Shown: positions 9,800 to 19,718, counted from the first letter of the stretch. The stretch: DNA of 64,000 bases from an uncultured bacterium (GCA_963822585.1 CAWGIE010000033.1:135255-199254); one strand, 5' to 3'. Notes: generated by a model not told the origin, from the sequence alone. Made by a program: numbers and translations.

Positions 9800-10624
9800 T
9801 CATAACTTGATCTTCGGGTCCAGGTAATCCCGGGCGGCGTCGCCCAGTATATTGAAAGACATCACCGTCAGGGCCAGGGCAAGACCCGGGAAGAGGACGA
9901 TCCAGGGCGCGGTCTTCAGGTACTCGCGGCCGGCGCTGATCATGAACCCCCAGGTGGCGGTGGGAGGCCGGACCCCCAGGTCGAGAAAACTCAGGGCGGA
10001 CTCGGCCAGGATAAAGGCGCCGATTTTCAGGCTGGCCGCGATCAAAACGATGGGAACACAATTGGGCAGGATGTGACGGAGAAGTATCCGGAGAGGGGAG
10101 GACCCGCCGGCTCTGCCCGCTTCCACGTACTGCCGCTCTTTCAAGGCCAGGACTTCTCCACGCACCAGGCGGGCGATCGACGCCCATCCGACCAGGGAAA
10201 GGGCGAGCAGGACGGTGAAAAAACCGGGGGAAAGGACCACCGTGATCCCGATCGCCAGTAGAAGACTGGGGAAGGCAAGGGTGATATCGGTTGCCATCTG
10301 CAGAACCCCGTCGACGATCCCCGGGAAATACCCTGCCGCCAGCCCCACGATCGTTCCCAGCGCGAGGGCCAGGCCGGTCGCGAAACAGCCGATCAGGAGG
10401 GAAATCCGGGCCCCGTAGATCACCCGGCTGAAAATATCGCGCCCCTTTTCATCCGTTCCGAAAAGGTGGTTTTTCCCGGGGACCTGTTTCACCTCGTCCA
10501 GGTTGACGGCATCCGGATCATAGGGGGCAAGCAGGGGCGCCAGCAGGGCGGTCAGGACAATCAAAACGATAAAGCCGGCCGCCGCCGCCGCCAGCCTGTT
10601 TTTCTTAAAAAACCGAAGTTTCAT
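9800..10624 (-). CDS. Oligopeptide/dipeptide ABC permease (OppC/DppC-like)
   Basis: HLFGTDEKGRDIFSRVIYGARISL, EAA-like loop; the longer ORF extension is repeat-derived. Confidence 0.92.
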   Translation of the reverse strand: MKLRFFKKNRLAAAAAGFIVLIVLTALLAPLLAPYDPDAVNLDEVKQVPGKNHLFGTDEKGRDIFSRVIYGARISLLIGCFATGLALALGTIVGLAAGYFPGIVDGVLQMATDITLAFPSLLLAIGITVVLSPGFFTVLLALSLVGWASIARLVRGEVLALKERQYVEAGRAGGSSPLRILLRHILPNCVPIVLIAASLKIGAFILAESALSFLDLGVRPPTATWGFMISAGREYLKTAPWIVLFPGLALALTVMSFNILGDAARDYLDPKIKL

Positions 10625-10682
10625 GTCAGAATCCTGCCCGTTTCTACATCCGGTGGAGGGAAAAGGAGCCCCCTTCTTCCGT

Positions 10683-10800
10683 GTGGAGTACGGGAGTATT
10701 GGAGTGATGGAATAATGGGAACGCTCGCCGGACACCCGGTAAGACAGGTCGATGCCATTTCCCAACACTCCATCATTCCAACACTCCATCACTCCATTAT
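10683..10800. repeat. Palindromic element with 8-nt TGGAGTAT/ACACTCCA periodicity (family D); second copy 47082-47172
   Basis: GGAGTATTGGAGTGATGGAATAATGG ... CCAACACTCCATCATTCCAACACTCCATCACTCC. Confidence 0.8.
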
Positions 10801-10848
10801 TTCATTTTTTCTTTTTCTCTCTTGGTGTCTTTGTGTCTTGGCGGCTGT

Positions 10849-11850
10849 TTAATGATCATACCTTATTCGGGGATCGATGAATGCGTAGGAGATGTCAACG
10901 GCGATGTTGGCGGCGATAAAAATTACCGCCCCCAGCATGACGCAGCCGATAATCACCGGGTAGTCGCGCTGGAGGATGGCGTTCATCGCCAACCGTCCCA
11001 CCCCGTCCCAGGAAAAGATCGTCTCCGTCAGAACCGCGCCGTTCAGGTAGGAACCGAAATCAAGGCCGGCCAGGGTTACGATCGGGATCAGGGCGTTGCG
11101 GAAGATGTGTCCGGTGATCACCCGGCGCCGGGAAAGGCCCTTGGCCCGGGCGGTGGCGACGTAATTTTCGCCTGACACCTCCAGCATGCTGGCCCGGGTA
11201 ATGCGGGCCAGATAGGCGGCCGAACGGGAACCGAGCGTTACCGCGGGGAGTACCAAAAAGATCAACGCTCCGCCCCCCATCCCCGAGGGAGGGAACCACC
11301 CCAGGCAATAAGAAAAAACCAGGATCAGGATCAGGCCCAGCCAGAAGACCGGGATTGATATCCCGCTGATGGCCAGGAAACCGGCCAGACGGTCCCAGAA
11401 GGTTCCGGGATAAGAGGCGGAGAGTATCCCCAAAAACAGGCCGCAGATAACCGCTATCAGTATGGCGGCCAGGGCCAGGCGGGCGGTATTCGGCAGCTTC
11501 TCCAGGATCATGCCGCCGACCGGTTGGCCGGTAAAATAGGACCGTCCCAGGTAGGGCCGCTTGAAGAGGGAGATCCAGGGGACGGTACGTCCCCCGAGGT
11601 GCCGCCGCTCGATCGTGGGAAGCTTGATAAAGGAGACACTCTTCAGGAACTTCCAGTACTGGACCGGGAGGGGGCGGTCAAGCCCCAGCCGTTCCCGGTT
11701 GCGGGCGATCACTTCCGGAGAGGTCCGTTCGCCGACCAGCGCCCGGGTGGGGTCGCCGGGGATGCTCCTGATCAGGATGAAGGTGATCAGCGTCACCCCC
11801 GCCAGCGTGGGAACCGCGATCAGGAGTCTTTTAACCACATACCTAATCAT
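10849..11850 (-). CDS. Oligopeptide/dipeptide ABC permease (OppB/DppB-like)
   Basis: IPGDP, LGLDRPLPVQY, TARAKGL, TETIFSWDGVG, RDYPVI. Confidence 0.93.
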   Translation of the reverse strand: MIRYVVKRLLIAVPTLAGVTLITFILIRSIPGDPTRALVGERTSPEVIARNRERLGLDRPLPVQYWKFLKSVSFIKLPTIERRHLGGRTVPWISLFKRPYLGRSYFTGQPVGGMILEKLPNTARLALAAILIAVICGLFLGILSASYPGTFWDRLAGFLAISGISIPVFWLGLILILVFSYCLGWFPPSGMGGGALIFLVLPAVTLGSRSAAYLARITRASMLEVSGENYVATARAKGLSRRRVITGHIFRNALIPIVTLAGLDFGSYLNGAVLTETIFSWDGVGRLAMNAILQRDYPVIIGCVMLGAVIFIAANIAVDISYAFIDPRIRYDH

Positions 11851-11863
11851 TGTGTTAACTATA

Positions 11864-12062
11864 CCGTGCTCAAAAATAATCTCGTATTGAATATAAATCA
11901 ATTAAAACCACGAAGGACACGAAGATCACGAAGTATTTTAAAATGAGTGTAATCCTATTTGTTTCCTTGACCATTCTTCATGTCGTGGGACAGTCGCTAC
12001 GCTGCTTGTCCCGCAAGCGGGATCCGTCTCACTGCGTTCGGCTCGTGCTCTTCGTGATGAAT
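11864..12062. repeat. Palindromic element with 9-nt CACGAAG periodicity (family B) carrying an internal insert; inverted homolog at 50641-50800, related copy 12092-12195
   Basis: Shared AAATCAATTAAAACCACGAAG...AATCCTATTTGTTT sequence. Confidence 0.85.
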
Positions 12063-12193
12063 TACTTCATTGTTGAGGGAAAATAAGGATAAAAATACCA
12101 CGGAGTCTCGAAGCACACAAAGAATAGAGGGAGACGGGCGAAACAATGTCCTTTCCCCAAAAACTTCGTGATCTTCGTGTCCTTCGTGGTAAT

Positions 12194-13237
12194 TTAGTTA
12201 ACTGCGGCCAGTTCGCGTTCCAGTTTCGGCCTTATCAGATTTTTCCGGTACGGCTCCATGAACGACTGGTCCAGGGCGGAGATCATCAACCCCTTGATCT
12301 CATCCAGGGTAAAGTTGAAATGCTCCATCGCCAGGAGAAGCTCGTTTGTGAAAGTGGTGTCGCAGATGGCGGGATCGTCGGTATTGAGAGAAATCCTGAT
12401 GCCGTAATCGTAGAGACGACGTACCGGGTGAGACGCCAGGTCGGGAACGGTCTTTGTCTGTACGTTGCTGGTCAGGCAGATCTCCAGGGGCACCCCCCTC
12501 TCTCTCACCCAGGCCATCATCTCCTCATCGTTGATGATCCGGATTCCGTGGCCGATCCTCTGGGCGCCCAGGGCTTCGATCGCGACCCGGATATTGGTCT
12601 CGCCTCCTCCCTCGCCGGCGTGGACGGTGACGTTGAGGCCGTTCTCCTGGGCAACCTTGAAGGCGGTAATAAAAAGCTCGGGAGGGAAGGCGGCCTCATC
12701 GCCGAAGAGATCGATCCCCACCACCCCCAGGCCGGTATAATCGGCCGCGGTATCCACCGCCCGCAGGGCCAGTTTCAGGCCGTTGGATCGGGAGATGCCG
12801 ACAATAAAGCCGACGTCGATATCGAACTCTATCTCTGCCCGGCGGGCGCCTTTGAGGACCGCGTGGAGCAGCTCATCCCAGCCGTGAGGGGTCTCCAGCG
12901 TCATGAAGACGGGGCTGAACCTGAGTTCGAGCACCCGGATATTGTCCCGGGCGCAATCCCGGCAGACATAGTAGGAAACGCGCTCGATCGCCTCCAGGGT
13001 AGGGAACGCCATCCCGATCCAGAAAAATTTTTCCAGAAACTCCTGTAAACTGCCCACGTGCCCTTTAATCTGCACCAGCGACCGCAGTTCTTCCAGATCG
13101 TACGAGGCCAGCTTGACGTTGTAGTCACGGGCGATTTCCAGCAACAGCTCCGCCGAAATGCACCCTTCCAGGTGCCGGTGGAGTTCCACCTTGGGTAAAT
13201 TCTTTATCCTCTCAATCGTTTTCTGATCCAGCGCCAT
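12194..13237 (-). CDS. add: Adenosine deaminase
   Basis: LPKVELHRHLEG, VHAGE, RIGHG, LEICLTSN, NTDDP. Confidence 0.93.
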   Translation of the reverse strand: MALDQKTIERIKNLPKVELHRHLEGCISAELLLEIARDYNVKLASYDLEELRSLVQIKGHVGSLQEFLEKFFWIGMAFPTLEAIERVSYYVCRDCARDNIRVLELRFSPVFMTLETPHGWDELLHAVLKGARRAEIEFDIDVGFIVGISRSNGLKLALRAVDTAADYTGLGVVGIDLFGDEAAFPPELFITAFKVAQENGLNVTVHAGEGGGETNIRVAIEALGAQRIGHGIRIINDEEMMAWVRERGVPLEICLTSNVQTKTVPDLASHPVRRLYDYGIRISLNTDDPAICDTTFTNELLLAMEHFNFTLDEIKGLMISALDQSFMEPYRKNLIRPKLERELAAVN

Positions 13238-13369
13238 CCGATTGCCTCCCGTCCGGGTTACGATACATTCTCTCCCGACCGGCCGGAACATATCGGGGGC
13301 ATTCCGGGGAAAGAGTTATCGCCAAGGTCGGTTAATGAACGTCATTATAACCGGGGAAGAGAGCTTGGA

Positions 13370-14941
13370 TCAATACAAATTAAGCTCAAGATCGGTGAAC
13401 TTATCTCCGTTATAGATAAGCGGGATCCGGTAATTCTTTACCCGCGGATTACAGATCATTACTTCCTTCTTGTGCCAGAGGAAGACCCAGGGGGCGAGTT
13501 CGACCACCCGGGCCTGCGCGGCTTCCAGCAGCCGTTTCCGTTCTTTCCGGTCGGTTGTCCGGGCGGCGGCGTCCAGTTCCCGGTCGACCTCCCGATCGCT
13601 GAAGCGGGACCGGTTGCCGCCGGGACCGATGTTGGCCGAGTGAAATGTCGGGTAGAGGAAGTTTTCGGCGTCCGGGTAATCTCCCCACCAGGAGAGGAAG
13701 AAAATATCGAAATCACCGTCGTCGACGGCCTGCTTGAACGAACTCCACTCCCGCTGGACCAGGACCAGCTCGATGCCGACTTTCTTCAGGTAGTCCTGGA
13801 TCACCTCCGCGATGCTGAGAACTTCGCGATCGGCCTTGAAAAGCAGGGCGGCCTTCAGGGGCGGTTCAACCCCGGCGCGGGCCAGCAGTTCTCTTGCCCG
13901 AACCGGATCGTAGGGGTAGCCCCGGGGTACTGCCGGGAGAAGACCCGGCGGGACCGGCCCGGCGGCGGCCACCGCCCGCCCCTCCAGGATGACGTCGATG
14001 ATCTTCTCCCGGTCGATCGCGCAGTTAAAGGCCTGCCGGACGCGCGGGTCGTTGAAGGGGGGGCGACGGCAGTTGAAACCGAGATAGTAGCAGTTGAGCC
14101 CAACCCGGCTCCGGACCCTCTCCTTCCAGGGCGCTTCGGTCGTGTACTTCCTGTATTCGGCCCGGGGGACTTCCATGATATCGAGATTGCCCTGTTCGAA
14201 CTCCACCACGGCGGTCAGCGTCTCCGGGATCACCCGGTAGAGTATCCCCGCCAGCCGGGGCGGACCGGCGAAGTAATCCGGGTTGCGTTCCAGGAGGATC
14301 CGGTTGTTGTGGCTCCATTCGACGAGCCGGAACGGTCCCGTCCCCCGGGGATGATCGGAGAACGATTCTCCGGGTTTCTCCACCGCTTCCCGGGGGACGA
14401 TGGCGGCGTTGGGCATGGCCAGGAAATCAAGAAACAGGGCGGACGGCTCGCTCAGTTCGATCTCGACCGTATTCTTCCCGGCCGCCCGCAGTCCGGGCAG
14501 CTGTGTCGATTGGCCGGAGGTGAAGGCGGGGGCTCCCCGCACGTCCTTCAGCAACCAGGAACGGGGAGAGTTGACCGCGGGGTCGAGAATGCGGCGGAGA
14601 GAATAGACAACGTCGTCCGCCGTCACCTCCCGGCTGGTCGTGAATTTCACCCCGTTCCGGAGAAAAAAACGATATCCGCGGCCGTCATCCGAAATCTCCC
14701 AGCGGGAGGCAAGATCGGGCACGATTTTTCCCTCCGCGTCGAAACGGACCAGTCCGTTGAAGATTTTGGCCGCCAGCGCGCCACCCGGGACGTCCACGAT
14801 AAAGGCCGGGTCAAGGGTGGAAGGGTCATCCTTCAGCATCAGGCGGAGATCGTTTTCTTCCTCACCGTTCCGCGATCCGCACCCGGTCAGAAGGAGGAGA
14901 AGAAATACGGCGATCCTTTCGATTGGCTGGCACCATTTCAT
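13370..14941 (-). CDS. ABC substrate-binding lipoprotein, family 5 (OppA/DppA-like)
   Basis: Lipobox LTGC, PSTLDP, GTGPF, RVRQAFNCAIDR. Confidence 0.92.
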   Translation of the reverse strand: MKWCQPIERIAVFLLLLLTGCGSRNGEEENDLRLMLKDDPSTLDPAFIVDVPGGALAAKIFNGLVRFDAEGKIVPDLASRWEISDDGRGYRFFLRNGVKFTTSREVTADDVVYSLRRILDPAVNSPRSWLLKDVRGAPAFTSGQSTQLPGLRAAGKNTVEIELSEPSALFLDFLAMPNAAIVPREAVEKPGESFSDHPRGTGPFRLVEWSHNNRILLERNPDYFAGPPRLAGILYRVIPETLTAVVEFEQGNLDIMEVPRAEYRKYTTEAPWKERVRSRVGLNCYYLGFNCRRPPFNDPRVRQAFNCAIDREKIIDVILEGRAVAAAGPVPPGLLPAVPRGYPYDPVRARELLARAGVEPPLKAALLFKADREVLSIAEVIQDYLKKVGIELVLVQREWSSFKQAVDDGDFDIFFLSWWGDYPDAENFLYPTFHSANIGPGGNRSRFSDREVDRELDAAARTTDRKERKRLLEAAQARVVELAPWVFLWHKKEVMICNPRVKNYRIPLIYNGDKFTDLELNLY

Positions 14942-15154
14942 TGCCGCAACTCTATCACTAAACCGCAAAGAGGCAAAGATCGTAGTATCGGCTTCGCCTT
15001 GCAGGAAATGTAGTATCGCTCCAGGCTTACGCCCGGAGCTTGTAGGATCACCGCGTTTGCTATTTTTTGGTTCACATCTATTTTTATTTACAGGTATTCT
15101 CCATGTCCTCTGTGATCTCTGTGGTTTAAACACGGGACCATGGCAAAAAATACT

Positions 15155-15424
15155 TTAGTGTCAATTAGTGAAATTAGTGGACAAAAAAGAGGCCGAGGTA
15201 GAGGGAATTAATCGGGTCCCCGCAAAGTGCCTCCGGCACCGCGGGGTAAAAATCTGTGTAAACTTGTGGTGAGCGAAGTCGAATCCATCTGTGGACAAGC
15301 AAGGGTCCGAGGGGAGTCAGAGAAATCGCTCCGGGTAATTTCGCGTAATTCGCGAAATTCGTAGTTTAATCAAGGGGCCGCGGTAGAGGGCAACTCATCT
15401 TCAATCACATTCAAATCGTCTGTT
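15155..15424. repeat. Modular repeat array, degenerate copy
   Basis: Same modules as 55506-55884 and 62195-62626; 15251-15296 is identical to 62490-62535. Confidence 0.8.
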
Positions 15425-15432
15425 TTTTCCAG

Positions 15433-17007
15433 CTATAAAAAGCGGCCGGGGAGTTTTCCGGTGTGCTCCCCGTCCTCCATCACGATCTCCCCGTTGACGA
15501 TCACGTACTCGATCCCTTGGGGGTACCGCTTCGGCTCCCGGTAGGTCGCCCGGGAACGGATCGTCTCCGGGTTGAAGATCACCAGGTCGGCCGCCGCTCC
15601 TTCCCGGATCATCCCCCGGTCGGCCAGCCCCAGTTTCCGGGCCGGCTGCCCCGTCATCTTGAAGACCGCTTCCTCCAGCGTCAGGGTGCCGTCTTTGACG
15701 AACTCGTCCAGGACTTGCGGGAAAGTCCCGAAGGTCCGGGGATGGGGCTTTCCCCGGGAGAGCGGCCCGGTCGCCGCCCGGGCGGAGGCGTCGGAGCCGA
15801 TCATGCAGTAGGGCTTCCCCAGGATCCGCCGGAGATTGTCCGGGCTCATCCCGAAGAAGAGCGCTTCCACGTTCAGCTCCTCCTCGATCAGGAGTTCGTA
15901 GAAACAGTCCAGCGGGGAAACGTTCCTTTTCTCCGCGATCTGGGCCAGGTTCATCCCCTCGATGGACCGGTTCGCCTCCGTCGCGACATGGGAAATCACC
16001 ACGCCGTCCCAGTCGTCCCGGTCGACCTCAGGCGACATCCGGCGCCGTTCCGCCGGGTCCTTGAGCCGGCGCAGTTCTTCCCCGGCGCCCCCCTCGCTGG
16101 CCCAACCCGGCAGGAGGATGTCAAGCTCCGTGGCCGAAGCGAGATAGGGGTACCGGTCGCAGGTGACGTTGAAACCGCGGGAACGGCTGGCCTCGATCTT
16201 TTCCAGACAGGCGGCGAGACGCCCCCAGTTCCGCCGCCCCTGCGCCTTCAGGTGCGATATCTGGAGAGAGACCCCCGTCTCTTCCGCCAGGCGGATGGCT
16301 TCCCCCACCGCTTCTTCCACCGTGTCGCTCTCGTTGCGCATGTGGGTGGCGTATATTCCTTCCGCTTTGGCGGCCAGCCCGATCAGCCCGGCCAGCTCTG
16401 CGAAATCGCTGAAGCTTCCCGGGGGATAAACCAGGCCGGTCGAGATTCCCCGGCTCCCCGCCGCCAACTCATCTTCCAGGAGAGTGAGCATCCGCTTCAT
16501 CTCCTCCCGGGAGGGAGAGCCGCCACGGTACCCGATAATCGATCCCCGGAGGTTCCCGTGACCGGTCAGGGGGACGATATTGACCGCGGTCCCCCCGTCC
16601 TCGACTCTCCGGCGGTACTCCCCGAGTGTCGCCCAGTCGATGGTAATTTCCAGGTACTGCTTGCGGACCCGTTCCCGCTTCTCTCCGGCGAGGGGAGAGG
16701 CGGAACCGCCGCACTGTCCGATCGCCTCCGTCGTCACCCCTTGCCGGACCTTGCTCTCGGCAAGGGGATCGATCAGGATGGTGAAGTCGGAGTGGGAGTG
16801 AATATCGATGAAACCGGGGGCGAGAACCAGGCCCGGGCCCTCGATCACCCGGTCCGCCTCTGAGTTGCCCAGGTCGCCGACAGCGTCAATCCTCCCGTTC
16901 CGGACCCCGACATCCGCCTCAAAGGCCACTTTTCCGTTCCCGTCTACTACCCGAAGATCACGGAAAAGTAGGTGATATATAATTTTTTTGTCTATTTTCT
17001 TAGTCAT
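15433..17007 (-). CDS. N-acyl-D-amino-acid deacylase (D-aminoacylase)
   Basis: PGFIDIHSHSD, GVTTEAIGQCG, THMRNE, IGSDA, PHPRTFGTFP. Confidence 0.92.
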   Translation of the reverse strand: MTKKIDKKIIYHLLFRDLRVVDGNGKVAFEADVGVRNGRIDAVGDLGNSEADRVIEGPGLVLAPGFIDIHSHSDFTILIDPLAESKVRQGVTTEAIGQCGGSASPLAGEKRERVRKQYLEITIDWATLGEYRRRVEDGGTAVNIVPLTGHGNLRGSIIGYRGGSPSREEMKRMLTLLEDELAAGSRGISTGLVYPPGSFSDFAELAGLIGLAAKAEGIYATHMRNESDTVEEAVGEAIRLAEETGVSLQISHLKAQGRRNWGRLAACLEKIEASRSRGFNVTCDRYPYLASATELDILLPGWASEGGAGEELRRLKDPAERRRMSPEVDRDDWDGVVISHVATEANRSIEGMNLAQIAEKRNVSPLDCFYELLIEEELNVEALFFGMSPDNLRRILGKPYCMIGSDASARAATGPLSRGKPHPRTFGTFPQVLDEFVKDGTLTLEEAVFKMTGQPARKLGLADRGMIREGAAADLVIFNPETIRSRATYREPKRYPQGIEYVIVNGEIVMEDGEHTGKLPGRFL

Positions 17008-17183
17008 CGTTCGCAAAACATCTTATCACTATTTTATTGCTGTAGGTTTATGATATTTTCCTTCCTATGCTTGGAGATTACGCAATATTACCTTCTTGAG
17101 GTGAACTAGGTATCTTACCTCCGTCTGGAGGTTTATGGACGATCCCTAAATGCCGGAGACACACGAGAATAGATCCAACATCT

Positions 17184-17223
17184 GATTAAACATTTTCTGC
17201 CGATCGGCAGAAAATGTTTAATC
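17184..17223. repeat. 40-bp perfect palindrome
   Basis: GATTAAACATTTTCTGCCGA followed directly by TCGGCAGAAAATGTTTAATC. Confidence 0.85.
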
Positions 17224-17289
17224 GGAGATCGGCCACAAAGGGGAAAGAGCGCTGGAAGTGATGCGGCGGTTTATCGGCCGGGGTATTCT

Positions 17290-18411
17290 TTACTCAGCCA
17301 GCCGGACGTCGCCCAGGTTGTCTTCGAGGACGGCGAGATACTCATCGAGCGGGTGGCGCTTTTTGTCGACGATCCGGTAGGTGGTGATCCCCACCCGGTG
17401 TCCCTTGATCCGGATCCGGTTCCCCTTACGCCAGTCCCCCCGCTCCGCCCCGTGGTGGATGATCAGGCGGCTGATCCCGGGCTCGGCCTTCCCCGAAACC
17501 TTCACGTCCTCCAGCATCAGGATGGTGGGGTTGACCGCGTTGTAGGTGTCGTCGGCAACGGTCGCCTCCACCTCCACGGGCCCCAGGTCCGCGCAGTCGA
17601 AGTTGCGCAGGGGGGCTTCTTCGGGGTCGAGGAAAGAGAAGAAGGGGCAGACCATGAACCTCTCATCCCCGACGTGGTCCCAGAACCGGATCGGCCAGTA
17701 CTTGCCGAACTCGTACACCTGCCTCTCCTCATGCTTGTCTGTCAGGGTGTACATGAAATTGACGATCCGTTTGATCTCCGGGGTGGAGGCGTAAACGACG
17801 AAATCCAGGTCATGGGGATTGGCATACGTCCCCAGGGAGACGGAACCGGAGATCCCCAATTGAGAGATGTCGATCTCCAGCAGCTCGGCGGTGTGTTCGG
17901 CGATGGTCTTGATCTTGCTCGCGACGGGAGCCTCGCCGGCTTTGTCCATGATGCACTGAAGCGAGTTCCGGTGAGGGAAACAGGCGACCAGGGAGGTCAG
18001 GGGGACACGGGCCTTGAATATCCCGTATATCGGCCGTTCGATATCTTTCTGTGTGGGGTCGATCTCGATATACCTGGCCAGCTGCAGAGGGTAGAGCTGA
18101 TCGAGGGGCTCGTTCTCCATGATCTCCTTGGTGATATTCTCGAACGGGAGCCCGAAGATATTTTTAATGCAGTGCGGGGGAACAGTCCGGGACGGGTCGA
18201 GGAGAACGTAAAAATAATGGGCATTGACGATCCTCTCTTCCCGGGGTTTCTCGATCTGATGATAATAGCCCTCGGTAAAGATGAACGTTCCGTCGTCTTT
18301 CAGAAAATACATGGCGTCCCGGAAGTCATCGTCCGCGTTGATGGGCAGAGCGAAACGGGAAAATTCCGGGTCTTTTCGCATTTTTTCGATAATCGGGTTC
18401 ACTTTCATCAC
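17290..18411 (-). CDS. Putative Pol-beta-superfamily nucleotidyltransferase resembling archaeal COG1665
   Basis: LGISGSVSLG...HDLDFVVY (GS-x-DxD) motif; N- and C-terminal patterns recalled from COG1665. Confidence 0.6.
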   Translation of the reverse strand: MMKVNPIIEKMRKDPEFSRFALPINADDDFRDAMYFLKDDGTFIFTEGYYHQIEKPREERIVNAHYFYVLLDPSRTVPPHCIKNIFGLPFENITKEIMENEPLDQLYPLQLARYIEIDPTQKDIERPIYGIFKARVPLTSLVACFPHRNSLQCIMDKAGEAPVASKIKTIAEHTAELLEIDISQLGISGSVSLGTYANPHDLDFVVYASTPEIKRIVNFMYTLTDKHEERQVYEFGKYWPIRFWDHVGDERFMVCPFFSFLDPEEAPLRNFDCADLGPVEVEATVADDTYNAVNPTILMLEDVKVSGKAEPGISRLIIHHGAERGDWRKGNRIRIKGHRVGITTYRIVDKKRHPLDEYLAVLEDNLGDVRLAE

Positions 18412-18577
18412 CTTCCTGAATCATCTCGGTTATAAAAGGTAAATTCCGAGTCCGGGTCTCTTAATAGGAATGGATCTTCATGAGACCCGACTCGGTATTT
18501 GAGCGTCAGTCTATCACAACCGGGAGACTTTTAAAGTATAAAATAACAAAGGGTCAAGGGGTCATCAAGGGGTCATC

Positions 18578-19718
18578 AAGGGGTCAAGTCTACTCTTGGC
18601 TCATATTTGAAATAGTGATAGACTTCTTCCTTCACCGCAGCGGTGGGTTACGACATACATACTAAGTACATGAAAAAGGATCCTCTATGGCCCGTCCCTT
18701 GAGAATACTTTACCCCGGTGCCTGGTACCATGTGATGAACCGGGGCGCGGGAGATAAAAATATTTTCAGGAATGACTCCGATCGTTACGGATTTCTGCGC
18801 CTTCTCGAAGAATCCGTTGGAATGTGGAATATTGAAGTTCACGCTTACTCCTTGATGGAAACGCATTATCACATCCTGATAAGAACTCCCCTGGCTAACC
18901 TTCCCCGGGCTATGCGTCACATTGATGGTGTACATACTCAACGCTTTAACCTGCGCCATAATACCGACGGTCACTTATTCCGGGGGAGATACAAATCAAT
19001 TTTAATCGATAAAGAACACTATCTATTGGAAGTAGTACGCTATATCCACCTTCAAAAAGTGAGAGCAGGATTGATTGATGATCCGAAAAATGATCAATGG
19101 TCATCTCATCAGATATATCTATCCCCACATTGCCAAAGATCGTGGTTGTTTATCGATACAATCCTCGGGTTATTCGGTACCGATATCAACAGATCCCGAA
19201 GAAAACTCGACAACTTCGTCAAGAAAGGTGTTTCAGAGGAATTAGAACAATTTTATGGTAAACAACGTCTCTCTCCTATTCTGGGTTCCGAAACATTCAT
19301 CAATAGAATAAAAGAGACTTATGTTATTCCTGTAGAATTGTCCTATGAGATTCCAGATGCTAAGATTATGCTCCAAGTCCCGATCAATCACATTACCCAA
19401 GCCGTTTGTTTGGTATACGGAATATCCTTGACTGAACTTAAAAATTCCAACCGGGGGAGAAGGAATACTGCGCGGAATATGGCCGTTTATCTTGCCCGGA
19501 AAGTTGGCGGATACACCCTCAATGAGATCGCGAGTTATTTTGGTTGTAAGAATTACTCGGGAGTTAGCTCAATTATTCAAAGGTTTGAGCAATATACAAT
19601 CGAGAATACCGATGTGGAGGAACTGAGCTTAAAAGCCAAAAAACACATTTATCAATTTTTGGCTGAAGAAGCGGAAGGCAGATGAATAAATATGAGCCAA
19701 GAGTAGACTTGACCCCTT
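18578..19718 (+). mobile_element. RAYT-like Y1 transposase element bounded by perfect 31-bp terminal inverted repeats
   Basis: 18578-18608 AAGGGGTCAAGTCTACTCTTGGCTCATATTT is the reverse complement of 19688-19718; interior visibly AT-richer than flanks. Confidence 0.85.
18687..19685 (+). CDS. REP-associated tyrosine transposase-like protein (Y1 HUH) with C-terminal DnaA_C-like HTH
   Basis: MARPLR...YHVMNRG, HUH motif THYHILI, HLFRGRY, RYIH, WSS; C-terminal ARNMAVYLARK...TLNEIASYFG. Confidence 0.9.
   Translation: MARPLRILYPGAWYHVMNRGAGDKNIFRNDSDRYGFLRLLEESVGMWNIEVHAYSLMETHYHILIRTPLANLPRAMRHIDGVHTQRFNLRHNTDGHLFRGRYKSILIDKEHYLLEVVRYIHLQKVRAGLIDDPKNDQWSSHQIYLSPHCQRSWLFIDTILGLFGTDINRSRRKLDNFVKKGVSEELEQFYGKQRLSPILGSETFINRIKETYVIPVELSYEIPDAKIMLQVPINHITQAVCLVYGISLTELKNSNRGRRNTARNMAVYLARKVGGYTLNEIASYFGCKNYSGVSSIIQRFEQYTIENTDVEELSLKAKKHIYQFLAEEAEGR

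Noticed and set aside
10625..10792. N-terminal ORF extensions (also 14942-15133, 27237-27344, 46449-46532, 57004-57057)
   Set aside because: They translate intergenic repeat DNA; downstream starts fit family N-termini better.
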